Translations under genes and position numbers: made by a program | Part shown: piece after piece, positions 1-11,268 of the stretch | How positions within the stretch are numbered: the first letter of the stretch is position 1 | How the letters are laid out: each line of letters starts with the position of its first letter | The notes under the pieces: model-generated | Told to the model about the DNA's origin: nothing | Seen by the model: only the letters and a program-made list of their open reading frames with translations | Databases searched by the model: none | Source: Malacoraja senta | Taxonomy: Eukaryota | DNA: 64,000 nt | Direction of reading: 5' to 3' | Assembly (NCBI GenBank): GCA_038087875.1 | Contig: CM075992.1 | Coordinates: forward strand, 9,922,001-9,986,000

Positions 1-110
1 CACGCGATCACGGGGAGAACGTACAAACTCCGCACAGACAGCACCCGTAGTCAGGATCGAAACCGGGACTGTGGCGCTGTGAGGCAGTAACTCCACTGCT
101 GTGCCACTGT
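1..110 (-). mobile_element. HE1-like SINE, tRNA-derived head (cut by window edge)
   Basis: Reverse complement reads CACAGTGGCACAGCAGTGGAGTTACTGCCTCACAGCGCC...CCGGTTTCGATCCTGACTACGGGTGCTGTCTG, matching the other SINE copies (A/B-box-like head). Confidence 0.8.
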
Positions 111-628
111 GTTTGTGTTTGCTGTACACAGATCTTCATGAGTATTCCTCCTTTCTCTGAATCCCTTGACTCCCGGCACAAGTCCGCCTGAAATTTAGGT
201 GGCTGCGCCATCAAGCCGCCTGTAAAATCAACTAATTTACCTAAAACTAATTACATTTATAACTTTTAAACTTTGCCTCCCTATAAATCTCAACTGAAAT
301 AATTTGGCCTTGGACCCAGTGCCTGGAGTTTCGTGATGTGGGCTCCAAGACGTGGTTCCCTGGCGTGAAGCTGGAGGGTCTCAGCAAGGTTGGTCTCTTC
401 AACTCAAAGTTCAGGTCTTGCTCCTGTTTAAATGGCTAACAACAGAAAAAGCCATTTGATGTAGATCATTCCTCTTGGAATTAGCAAGATTCTGCCTATT
501 TCTTGACATTTTTACACAGTGGAAGTTTGCTGTGTGCAAATTGTCAGACATTTCGCTAGTTACCACATTTCACCAGTATTGCACTAGCAACAAAAGTGCT
601 TTGGGATAAGTAGGGGGTGCTTTGGGAC

Positions 629-923
629 GGCACGGCATGGCGGCGCAGCATTAGAGTTGCTGCCTCACAGCGCCTGAGACCCGGGTTCAATCCTGACTAT
701 GGGTGCTGTCTGTACGGAGTTTGCAGTTCTCCCAATGACTGTCTGAGTTTTCTCCGGGTCCTCAAGTTTCCTCCCACATCCCAAAGATGTACAGGTTTGT
801 AGGTTAATTGGCTTGGTAACATTGTAAATTGTCCCGAGTGTGTAGGATAGTGTTAATGTGCGGGGATCGCTGGCCGGCGCGGACTCGGTGGGCCGAAGGA
901 CATGTTTCGGCGCTGTATCTCTA
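629..923 (+). mobile_element. HE1-like (V-SINE) full-length copy
   Basis: tRNA-like head (GGCGCAGC..GGGTTCAATCC), central GGTTTCCTCCCACA-type core, CR1-derived tail GTGGGCCGAAGG..CTGTATCTCTA. Confidence 0.9.
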
Positions 924-1317
924 TTAAAAAAAGGAACTGAAGATCTTCCTTTCCTTGCGTTGAAGTTCATTGGTAACACACTGACGAGGACCCATCTGCT
1001 GCTCGGAGACAACAGTGCTCCTCTGTGCTCTTTCCCTGGTTGATAAAACGTGTTTGTGCCTCAGCAACCTCACCTCAATGGCAATTCCTGGTGTCTTAGT
1101 ATTTTCACGGATGAAACTTCTGCAAAGTGACTAGTTTTGGACACCTTCTTCATATTTCCAAATAAATGCTGTCAGACCCCCGAGTGTCTCTGCTACCAAC
1201 CCCGATACACAGGATACACAGTAGACGTTATGAGCTCCATGGAACACTAATGCATAACACATTCAGCCCATATTCCTCTCTCTGCCATTCCATTGGAGAT
1301 TATAAATAGGTTTGGTT

Positions 1318-1610
1318 CAGTGAAGAGATACACCGTGGAAGCAGGCCCTTCGGTCCACCGAGTCTGTGCCGACCAGCGATCCCCGAACAGCTATCCAACG
1401 CACAAGGGACAATTTCCAATTATACCAGCCAATTAACCTACAAAGCTGTACATCTTTGGAGTGTGGGAGGCAACCAGAGCACCCGGAAAAAACCCACGCA
1501 GGTCAAGGGGAGAATGTACAAACTCCGTACAGACAGCACCCATAGTCAGGATCTAATCCGCCTCTCTGGCACTGTGAGGCAGCAACTTTACCACTGTGCC
1601 TCCATGCCAA
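1318..1610 (-). mobile_element. HE1-like SINE
   Basis: Reverse complement of the same head/core/tail consensus. Confidence 0.85.
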
Positions 1611-2699
1611 CCGAGCACCATGCTCTGGGTTCCAGATTATGAGATACAATCTGCCATTGAATTCAGTGACTGGGAGCTATGGGCCTCACCTACTCATATT
1701 GGCGTTCTGGGCATCTAGATATTGCTTGCTGAGATTGGATCTGGGAGATTACAATCAAAGTTCAACCTCAGTCTCTTTTGTTTTGTTCCCTTAAATAAGT
1801 GTGTGAAGTGACATTGAATGTTTCTCCATATGTAGAAAGTATCACTCCATATTTTCTTTGCACTCACATTCTTTGAGTGAATTTGAAGCAGTTTTGGCTT
1901 CTAATCAACATAAACTGTGTGGTTATAATCCCTAAATAAATTAAGCGAGCAGCGTGAGACCATACCTGGAAGAGATTCTGTGGAAACACATTTTGAATTT
2001 TTATGGCAGCATTACTGTAGAAAAATGTCCCAAGGTGCTTCACAGAGGAACGGGGAAAGTAAGTACAGCCAAAGAAATTATTGAGAGAAACGGCCAAAGG
2101 ATTCTGTTTGAAAATAAAATCTAAAAGGAAAAGAGGGAGATCAAAGGACCAAATGATTTTCGATCATTAACTCAGTTCCAAAGGATCTAACTAAACCTGG
2201 AAACTTGTTTTAAAAATTTCTCTCTCTTGCCTTTCTCTTGCCAACATCAGAAGTTAACTGGGATTTAGTGATTGTACGAAGAAAATGGTGAATATGAACT
2301 TATACTGAACTCTTTCCAAGCGAGGAAGTCAGTCACAAATTTTCACCCTCCTGAATAAGGTGAAGAACACGGCACATGATCTATAATCCCAGTGCTGCCA
2401 GATGGATCATATAACCTGCTCTCACTTCATTCCTCTCTCTGTTAGTTTAAAGTGTTAATATGTTCATTGAAATGGAATTTTAAAAAATTACTTCAAAATC
2501 CATAGAACTAAAAATAAAGCATGCACGTTACTAGTGGTGTAAAGGAATTGAAATTAGGCAAAGCAGAGCTGCATTGTGGATATAACTATGGAATTGATAA
2601 TGGAGAAAATACTGGAACTTAACATACATAAATCTCCAGAAACTTAATATTCCAGTTTAAAAATAGATCAAATATATGTATGATGCCCTTATAATTTTC

Positions 2700-3090
2700 C
2701 AAATATTTTCACCTTCAAAAGCAATATTAACTGGTTCCTATCACCAAACTCTACCTCCGCTGCATTGACGACTGCATGGGTGCTACCTCCTGCACCCATG
2801 CAGAACTCACTGACTTCATGACGAGCGGAGCCAGGGGATATGGGGAGAAGACAGGAACGGGGTACCAATTGTGGATGATTAGCCATGATCACATTGAATG
2901 GCGGTGCTGGCTCGCAGTGCCGAATGGCCTACTCCTGCAGCTATTGTCTACAATTTCCATCCTGTACTCAAATTCAATTGGACCATTTCCGACATCTCCC
3001 TACCGTTTCTAGATCTCACTGTCTCCATCAGGAGACAGACTATCAACTGACATCTATTACAAACTCACTGACTTCCATAGCTATCTTGGG
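2700..3090 (+). mobile_element. Degenerate Penelope-like RT fragment interrupted by a CR1 3' tail (~2822-2952)
   Basis: 3035-3085 matches the TDIYYKPTDSHSY-coding segment seen at 20683-20730; the CR1 tail GGATATGGGGAGAAG...GCCTACTCCTGC..CTATTGTCTA sits inside. Confidence 0.6.
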
Positions 3091-3651
3091 AAAAATAAAT
3101 CTTTCCTACACATTAACTCTGGTTCTCTCTTCATAAATGCTACATCATCAGATGATTCTTTACAAATGATTTTTGCTTTCTATTTTAAAATTGGAAATGT
3201 CACAACATTATCTAAGAGAAGGGGGGAGGTCTACCCATGTCACCTGATCTGAGGAAGTTGATGGAATTAATAACAGTTTGGTACAGCTAATTATTCATCT
3301 CGGTCATTATGATTTAAATGTGTTGGATATACAGGTAGTAGGAGAGCAAGTAGAGACATAGGGAATCTGCTCAAAATAGTGATGAATGTCTATTACTGTT
3401 CCTTATGACTTCCACTGTGATTTCACTGTGTATATCTACCAAGGACAATTTAAGGAAGAGAAATAGAATATGCCCATGTTCTGCATGGACATTGTGGGCT
3501 GAAGGGTTTGTTCCTGCGCTGTACTGTTCTGTGTTCTGTAAAGAAGATTTGCAGATGATGTTAAATTAGGCATCATCTTCTGATGTATCATTGAACACTA
3601 GAAGAAACTAAAGGATGCTGAATAAACAAGGGTAAGATATATGGATATTTT

Positions 3652-3958
3652 TAGTTTAGTTTAGAGATACGCTGTGGAAACAGGCCCTTTTGCCCACCGA
3701 GTCCACGCCGTCCAGCGATCCCTGCACACTAACACGATGTGACACACACAAGTGACAATTTACAATTTTACCAAGCCTATTAACCTATAAACCTGTACGT
3801 CTTTGGTATGTGGGAGGAAACCAGAGCACCCGAAGAAAACCCATGCAGGTTACAGGGAGAAGGTACAAAACTCTGTACAGACAGCACCCCTAGTCAGGAT
3901 CGAACCTGGGTCTCTGATGCCGTGAGGCAGCAACTCTACCGCTGCGCCACTGTGCCAC
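3652..3958 (-). mobile_element. HE1-like SINE
   Basis: (TTTAG)n tail at left, head TGGCACAGTGGCGCAGCGGTAGAGTTGCTGCC at right. Confidence 0.9.
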
Positions 3959-4433
3959 CTTGTGAAAACATCTACATTAAATCCAACAGTGACAAATTAT
4001 ACTTTTGTTTCTAAATGCTGAGGAAGTAGTAACTAATGCAAGCAAGGCCAACAGATTTTACACTGTGTAAACGACATTGTTTTTTTAATCAAACTTTATT
4101 ATTATGGTGGTGTAACAGAACACCCTGAGTTCCTTTTCTTCACACATGAAACAAATAACTCCATGAACTCATGGTGCATTACTGCGCAATATGTGGAATG
4201 TTATGTTTGTCCAACACATTGCATCATTTTCCATGAGTAATTGGGCTTTGAAAGGTAGAGGGGTAAAGTACTCATGATTCCATGCCGAGTGAAGCTGGTT
4301 GGGGACAATAAACCCAGCTATCTGCTGACTTACTGCACTCATCATTTCCATACATCTAAAATTAATCACTGTAAAATCAGCTCCAGCATAGATTCTGCAA
4401 ACTGGCCTTCCACATCTGATTCTGCTATCCATC

Positions 4434-4633
4434 NNNNNNNNNNNNNNNNNNNNNNNNNNNNNNNNNNNNNNNNNNNNNNNNNNNNNNNNNNNNNNNNNNN
4501 NNNNNNNNNNNNNNNNNNNNNNNNNNNNNNNNNNNNNNNNNNNNNNNNNNNNNNNNNNNNNNNNNNNNNNNNNNNNNNNNNNNNNNNNNNNNNNNNNNNN
4601 NNNNNNNNNNNNNNNNNNNNNNNNNNNNNNNNN
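4434..4633. other. Assembly gap (200 N)
   Basis: Run of exactly 200 N, typical of a scaffolding join. Confidence 0.98.
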
Positions 4634-4959
4634 ATGCTATACTTGTGGAGGTACAGTTGATTGAAGGACGTTAGACTAAGTCAATTAGAGTGATAGTCAT
4701 GCAGCACGGCAACAGACCCTTCGGCCCAACTTGCCCATGCTGACCAAGATGCCCCATCTACAGTAGGCCCATATCCCTTCAAACCCTATTCTCTAAACCT
4801 AATTGATTCTGTTCAATTTAAAATATCCCATTGTACAAGTTGCAAGATTATAAGATCTATTATAGAAGAATATCCAACATTCTTCCCTAATACGATTTCC
4901 CCAAAATAAGACTGAATGGTCATTTACCTTATTTACTGATTGCAACATCTTATTAGTAG

Positions 4960-5100
4960 CTCTGGATAGGGTGGATGTGGAGAGGATGTTTCCACTAGTG
5001 GGAGAGTCAAGGATCAGAGGCCAGAGACTCAGAATTTAAGGACATACCTTTATAAAAGTGTTGAAGAGGAATTTCTTTAGTCAGAGGGTGGTGAATCTCG
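4960..5100 (+). mobile_element. CR1/HER1 LINE 3' ORF2 fragment
   Basis: Encodes LDRVDVERMFPLVGESRIRGQRL..FFSQRVVNL-like CR1 C-terminal motif. Confidence 0.75.
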
Positions 5101-5176
5101 TGTGCGGACATGGCGTCGAAGGACGAGAAGCCGAAGCAAAGAAGTGGAAGCCAAAAAAACGAACGGATACAAAGCT

Positions 5177-5340
5177 AAAACACCAACTAACTGAAAGGGC
5201 GGGACGCCTAAAAGCCAACTAACCGAAAGGCTGCATCGCCTAAAAGCAAACTCACCGAAAGGCCGCTCTGCCGAAACACCAACTAACCGAAAGGCTGCGT
5301 CGCCAACAAGCCAACTAACTGAATGGCCGCTCAGCCGAAA
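5177..5340. repeat. ~32-bp tandem array (about 5 units), unclassified
   Basis: Units resemble AAAAGCCAACTAACCGAAAGGCTGCGTCGCCG; CpG-rich. Confidence 0.85.
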
Positions 5341-5466
5341 AGTCTAATAACGGACATGACGTCACCGGGGGACGGGACTTGTCAGCGATTGGTCCAGACC
5401 CCCGCGTCCATCACATCACTGGCCGATTGAGATGGGATGGTGGGGGTCATTTTCCCACACAAGTGT

Positions 5467-5910
5467 AGCATTTCCAGCGGTGGCAAGGGAGCGGTCTCCC
5501 CTGTTTGCTTTCCGCAGAGACCGCTCCCTCCATAACTCCCTGGTCAATTCGTCCCTTCCCACCCAAACCACCTGCCACTTTCCCTTGCAACCACAGGTAA
5601 TGCTACACTTGTCGTTTTACCTCCCCCCTTGACTCCATTCAGGGACCCAAGCAGTCTTTCCAGGTGCGGCAGAGGTTCACCTGCACCTCCTCCCACCTCA
5701 TCTATTTCATCCGCTGCTCTAGGTGTCAGCTGCTCTACATCGGTGAGACCAAGCGTAGGCTTGGCGATCGCTTCGCCCAACACCTCCACTCGGTTTGCAA
5801 TAACCAACCTGATCTCCCAGTGGCTCAGCACTTCAACTCCCCCTCCCATTCAGAATCCGACCTTTCTGTCCTGGGCCTCCTCCATGGCTAGAGTGAGGCC
5901 CACCGTAAAT
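5467..5910 (+). mobile_element. Penelope-like element, GIY-YIG endonuclease fragment
   Basis: ORF 5664-5891: LIYFIRCSRCQLLYIGETKRRLGDRFAQH...PVAQHFN, the PLE-type GIY-YIG domain. Confidence 0.9.
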
Positions 5911-6087
5911 TATACTAAAAATCCATCTGAAATAGTCTGTAGGCTGAGGAGATGGTTGAGTTAAGCATATTGGTGGGTTTAAAGTCACATATAGTAGAAA
6001 CTGGTAAGGACAACAAACTTAATGTCCTGGCATGAACCAAAAGGATACTTGCATTAGTCTACCTTGCATTAGTCCTGTAGCTTTTTG

Positions 6088-6125
6088 TCCATCCATCCGT
6101 CCATCCATCCATCTCTATCTATCTA
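6088..6125. repeat. (CCAT)n/(CTAT)n microsatellite
   Basis: ccatccatccgtccatccatccatctctatctatcta. Confidence 0.85.
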
Positions 6126-6504
6126 TATTACTAAAAGTCTGATCTTGACCGCTTTTGGCCCACTCTAGTGTGATTTCCGAGAGAGCGCCGCCACCTACGG
6201 CCGTCATTTTTGGCCACCTCGCGCAGAGCCCAAGTCCGCCTTCCTGGACCAGAGGATTATTCCCATTGATGAAAAATCAGAGAGATATTAATGTTTTTAA
6301 AAAATTCACCATTCTCTTTGCTGCCCCTGCTGGAAGGAGGGGGAGGGACTATAAAACCAGGAAGTGGCGTGCCTCACTCAGTCTCTGCAAGATGGAGGAA
6401 GTCAGAGGGTCACGTCTCTCTGAGCTCTGAATAACACTGAACACATGTCTACTCAACTGTGAGTCCCCTTAATGTGGTTTGAAAATGAAAATATGCTTGG
6501 TTTG

Positions 6505-6740
6505 AAGTAAAAAGGCACTACTGCAAATGGTGGTTTGGGTGCTTTGGGTTGGTGTAAAAAGGTACTACTGCAAATGGTGGTTTGGGTGCTTTGGGTAGAA
6601 ATTAAAAGGCACTACTGCAAATCGTGGTTTGGGTGCTTTGGGTTGAAGTTAAAAGGCACTACTGCAAATGGTGGTTTGGGTGCTTTGGCTTGAAGTTAAA
6701 AGGCACTACTGCAAATGGTGGTTTGAGTGCTTTGGGTAAC
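6505..6740. repeat. ~47-bp minisatellite inside Helitron A (~5 units)
   Basis: AAAAGGCACTACTGCAAATGGTGGTTTGGGTGCTTTGGGTTGAAGTT repeated. Confidence 0.95.
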
Positions 6741-7104
6741 TTCCTGTTTGCACTGTATATTGATTTTAGATAAAAACACTACCACTTACGGCTGTGATTT
6801 TTGGCCATCTTACTCAGTCCCCCTCCACTCAGCAGGTGCAGAGGATTCTTCCCATCAATGAAAAATAAAAGTGTTATCAGTGTTTAAAAAATGTTGAGAA
6901 TCTCTCTCCTGTCAATCACACCATGAAAGCCACACCTTTTCCAGAGGGAGGGGTTATAAAACCTGGAAGTGTGGGTGTGGCTCAGTCTCTGCATGATGGG
7001 GGAAGGGAGAGGTCACGACTCTGTCTGAGCTGTGAATTAACTGAACACACTGAATGTCTACTGAACTGTGAGTTTGGTGTTTTGTGTGGTTTTATGGTGG
7101 TTTC

Positions 7105-7645
7105 ACCTTGCTTGAAATGGTATGAACTGCATTTGAATGTGGTGGCCTTGCACCCTCCATGAAATGGTATGAAACTGCATTTGAATGTGGTGGCGTTGCA
7201 CCCTGCATGAAATGGTATGAAGCTGCATTTGAATTTGGTGGCCTTGCACCCTGCTTGAAATGGTATGAAACTGCACTTGAATTTGGTTGCCTTGCACCCT
7301 GCTTGAAGTGGAATGAAACTGCACTTGAATTTGGCGGCCTTGCACCCTGCTTGAAGTGGTATGAAACTGCACTGAATTTGGTGGCCTTGCACCCTGCTTG
7401 AAGTGGTATGAAACTGCACTGAATTTGGTGGCCTTACACCCTGCTTGAAGTGGTTGGAAACTGCACTTGAATTCGGTGGCTTTGCATCCAGCTTGAAGTG
7501 GTAGGAAACTGCACTTGAATTTGGTGGCCTTGCACCCTGCTCGAAGTGGTAAGAAACTGCACTTGCATTTCGTGGCCTTGCACCCTGCTTGAAATGGTAG
7601 GAAATGGATTTGACTTTGGTGGCCTTGCACCCTGCTTGAAATGGA
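7105..7645. repeat. ~50-bp minisatellite inside Helitron A (~10-11 units)
   Basis: GAAATGGTATGAAACTGCACTTGAATTTGGTGGCCTTGCACCCTGCTT repeated; explains the repetitive ORFs at 6982-7853. Confidence 0.95.
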
Positions 7646-7872
7646 ATTTCAAGGAATAGCCATGAGTCAACTGCCAGCCCACCAGCCGTGAGTGAGCTGC
7701 CAGCACATCAGGCTTGAGGGACTGAGCTGCCACCCCAAGAACCCATACCAGCTCTCCAGAAAGCCCCCCCCACTGGTCACCAATTTTGGAATTGGTGGAG
7801 AGGTGGAATATTGCGTCGGGGGACCAGCCCTCCCGTGCGTACATGGGACCCAACGGGTTCCACTTAGTCTAG

Positions 7873-10184
7873 TACATAACTAAAACTCTCATCTTGTCCT
7901 CTTCCAGTTTGTGTTGATTTTACATTTGCGCAAAAACGGTACCCGATAGCACTACAATTATTTGCCACCTTTCTCACAATTCCCCTGTGCAGCAAATGCA
8001 CCAAGTTGTGTTCCGATCGGTGGAATATTACAGAAGTTATTAAGGTTTAAAAATCATAAAAACCGAGCATGCACAGATTGGTTTCATCTTCTGTCAGCAG
8101 ATTGGTCTTACCTCCAGTCTGTCGCCGGAATGCCAACGCCCCTTCTGGCACCCGCTGTCAATCACCTGTGGCGAGGAGAATAAAACTGAAGGAGCGGAGT
8201 GAGGAGAGCGAGTGGGGGTTGTGTCTGCGTCCACCACGACGAGCCGGGAGCCGTTGAGTGAGGCCGGAGGTCGGGGGCTGGGAGCTGGGAGCCATTGAGT
8301 GCGCCAGGGCAGGAGCCGGTGAGTGCGGCCGGAGCTGGAGCTGGGGCCAGAAGCCGTTGAGTGCAGCCGAGGCCGGGAGCTGAATGAGTGGCAATTGAGC
8401 CGGATTCAGGATCCGCCGAGTGAGGCCGGGGCAGGGACCAGGAGTGCGCTGAGTGAGTCCGGAGCCGGGGCTGGGATCCGTGAGTAAGGCCGGGGCCCGA
8501 GTCAGGAACTGCTGAGTGAGGCCGGAGCCATAGCCAAGAGCCGTTGAGTGAGGCCGGAAACAGGGCCAGGATACGCTGTATGAGGCGAGAACCGGAGCCG
8601 TTAAGTGAGGCCGGAGCCAGGGCCGGGAGACGCTGCATGAGGCCGGGGCCAGGAGCCATCCCGGTCCCAAGCTGCAGGATACTCCCCACTGGTTCCCGCA
8701 TGAAGCCGGAGGGCAGCGAAAGGCCACGGCAGTGGAGGCCACATCAGTGATATGCCACGCCAGTGGCAGCGGTAGGCCACGGCAGCAGCAGGCCATGGCA
8801 GTGCTAGGCCTCGACAGGCCCCGTCTGAAGCCGTCCCTGCCCCGTCTCCAGAACATTCCTGCCAGCCCCACCTAAAGCCATCCCCGTCCCCAGCTGCATT
8901 CCATTCGGCACACAAGACCCGTACTAGCCCAAGAAAAGTAAATTCGGCCTACATTGTCTGTACTAGCCCTCCAGAAACCAGTCCCTGCAGCCCACAACAC
9001 CTGGTCTAGCGCAAGTACTAGCCCGGCTACAGAACGTTCCCGCCGGCCACTGCCTGAAGCCATCCCCATCCCCAGCTGCAGGGCGCAACCCCACCAGCCC
9101 CCGTCTGAAGCCGACCCCCTCCCCCAACTATACGACGCTGTCCCCCCCCACTGGCTCCCGCCTGAAAGTGCCCCCCTTCCCCGGCTACAGGACCTTCCCC
9201 CCCTGCCACCGGCACCCGACAGCCCCCGCCTGAAGCCGTCCCCCTCCCCCAGCTGCAGGACGCTTCCCACCCCCGCCACTGGACCCCACCTGAAGCCGTC
9301 CCCCTCTAGGATCTAGGACCCCCCGCTGGCCCCCGCCTGATGCTGTCCCGTCCCCAGCTGCAGGACGCAACCCCACCAGCCTCCGTCTGAAGCCGACCCC
9401 CACCCCCAACTATACGACGCTACCCACTGCCGGAAGCCGTTTCCGGCTACAGGACGCTCCCACCGGCCCCGGATGGCCCCCGCCGGTCCCCCCCTGCAGC
9501 CGTCTCCCTTCCCCAGCTGCAGGATGCTCCCCCCCCGGCTCCCGCCTGAAGCCATCCCACTCCCGAGTCTACAGGATGCTCCTGCCAGTCCCCACCTGAA
9601 GTCGTTCCCGTCGTCAGCTGCAGGATTCTTCCCATCCCTCCCCCCACCCCCCACCAGCAGCCGACACCCTTCCCCGGCTACAAAATGCTTCCCCCCCCAC
9701 CACCAGAAGCCGTCCCCGTCCCAGGCTACAGGACGCTCCCCCACCCCTCCCCCATGGCCACCAACAGCAACAAGAAAGAATGGACTGAATACATCTCATC
9801 TTTAACGTTTAAATTGATGTTAAATTTTAAGTTATTCACATTTTCAGCTTTGATACTTCCCATTTTCACTTGCCGTGCCAGCGCAGTAATACCTGCATGT
9901 TCTATGTCGCAATGGGAACCCAATGGGCGGGAATGGCTGCGCCGCCGGATAGCCACTAAGAGTGGATGGGGGGGGGGGGGTTGAGGAGGGATGGGGTGGG
10001 GGGGGTGGTGGGAAGGGCAAGGGGCAGAGTGGGGGGTAGGGGAGGAAGGGGTACCAGGGGCAGCACAACGGGAACCCGTCAGCCACGCCTGCGCAATTGG
10101 GGGCTATGCGTGAGTGGTAGAATATTGCGATGGGAACCAGGCCTCCCTTGTGACAATGGGAGCCATCGAGACCCACTTAGTCAA
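7873..10184 (+). mobile_element. Non-autonomous Helitron-like element, unit B
   Basis: Starts TACATAACTAAAACTCTCATCTTG (cf. A: TATATTACTAAAAGTCTGATCTTG). Its last ~60 bp (GAATATTGCG..GGAACCAGGCCTCCC..TGGGAGCC-ATC-GAGACCCACTTAGT) are homologous to the 3' end of A. Confidence 0.7.
8235..9760. repeat. GC-rich degenerate minisatellites inside Helitron B
   Basis: 8235-8680 has GAGCCGTTGAGTGAGGCCGGAGC-type units; 8820-9760 has CCTGAAGCCGTCCCC..CCCAGCTGCAGGAC-type units. Confidence 0.85.
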
Positions 10185-11260
10185 TAGGTGCAGGAGTAGG
10201 CCATTTGGCCCTTCGAGCCAGCACCGCCATTCAATGTGATCATGGCTGATCATCCCCAATCAATACCCCGTTCCTGCCTTCTCCCCATATCGCCTGACTC
10301 CGCTATTTTTTAAGAGCCCTATCTAGCTCTCTCTTGAAAGTATCCAGAGAACCTGCCTCCACCGCCCTCTGAGGCAGAGAATTCCACAGACTCACAACTC
10401 TTTGTGAGAAAAAGTGTTTCCTCGTCTCCGTTCGAAATGGCTTACTACTTATTCTTAAACTGTGGCCCCCGGTTCTGGACTCCCCCAACATCGGGAACAT
10501 GTTTCCTGCCTCTAGTGTGTCCAAGTCCTTAACAATCTTATATGTTTCAATTAGATGCCCTCTCATCCTTCTAAACTCCAAGCCAAGCTGATCCATTCTC
10601 TCAGCATATGACAGTCCCCGCCATCCGGGAATTAACCTTGTAAACCTACGCTGCATTCCCTCAATAGCAAGAATGTCCTTCCTCAAATTAGGGGACCAAA
10701 ATTGCACACAATACTCCAGGTGTGGTCTCACTAGGGCTCTGTACAACTGCAGAAGGACCTCTTTGCTTTTATATTCGATTCCTCTTGTTATAAAGGCCAA
10801 CATGCCATTCACTTTCTTCACTGCCTGCTGTACCTGCAAGCTTACTTTCATAGACTGATGTACAAGGACCCCAGATCCCGTTGTACTTCCCCTTTTCCCA
10901 ACTTGACGCTATTTCTATAGTAATCTGCCTTCCTGTTTTTGCTACCAAAGTGGATAACCTCACATTTATCCACATTAAACTTCATCTGCCATGCATCTGC
11001 CCACTTCCCCAACCTGTCCAAGTCACCCTGCATTCTCAGAGCATCCTCCTCACAGTTCACACTGCCACCTAGCTTTGTGTCATCTGCAAATTTGCTAATG
11101 TTACTTTGACTCCATTCATCCAAATCATTGATGTATATTGTAAATAGCTACAGTCCCAACACCGAGCCTTGCGGTACCCCACTTGTCATTGCCTGCCATT
11201 CTGAAAGGGACCCGTTAATCCATACTCTTTGTTTCCTGCCTGCCAACTAGATAGTCTATC
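10182..11260 (-). mobile_element. CR1/HER1 LINE, 5'-truncated, frameshifted RT/C-terminus
   Basis: ORFs 10848-11123 (KFADDTKLGG) and 10303-10851 (LYRALVRPHLEYCVQFWSP); 3' tail at 10182-10300; flanking TAGTCAA repeat at 10178-10184 and 11261-11267. Confidence 0.95.
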
Positions 11261-11268
11261 TAGTCAAG

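Larger units (their letters stand above)
6122..7872 (+). mobile_element. Non-autonomous Helitron-like element, unit A
   Basis: 5' A|TCTATATTACTAAAAG; 3' hairpin TGGGACCC-AAC-GGGTTCCA (7844-7862), then CTTAGT and CTAG|T (7869-7872); no TIR or TSD; internal duplication and minisatellites. Confidence 0.8.

Noticed and set aside
300..437. Minus-strand protein-like frame PFKQEQDLNFELKRPTLLRP after a pyrimidine-rich AG
   Set aside because: No recognisable homology or linked exon.
629..700. tRNA genes at SINE heads
   Set aside because: A/B-box-like heads continue into the SINE core and LINE tail; no complete cloverleaf.
4274..4660. 128-aa ORF
   Set aside because: Spans the N gap; artefact.
5177..5340. 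CRISPR-like array
   Set aside because: Units are contiguous degenerate repeats without unique spacers; eukaryotic context and no cas genes.
6982..9805. Long Cys-, Pro- or Gly-rich ORFs (up to 237 aa)
   Set aside because: Products of minisatellites open in several frames on both strands; no domain signature.
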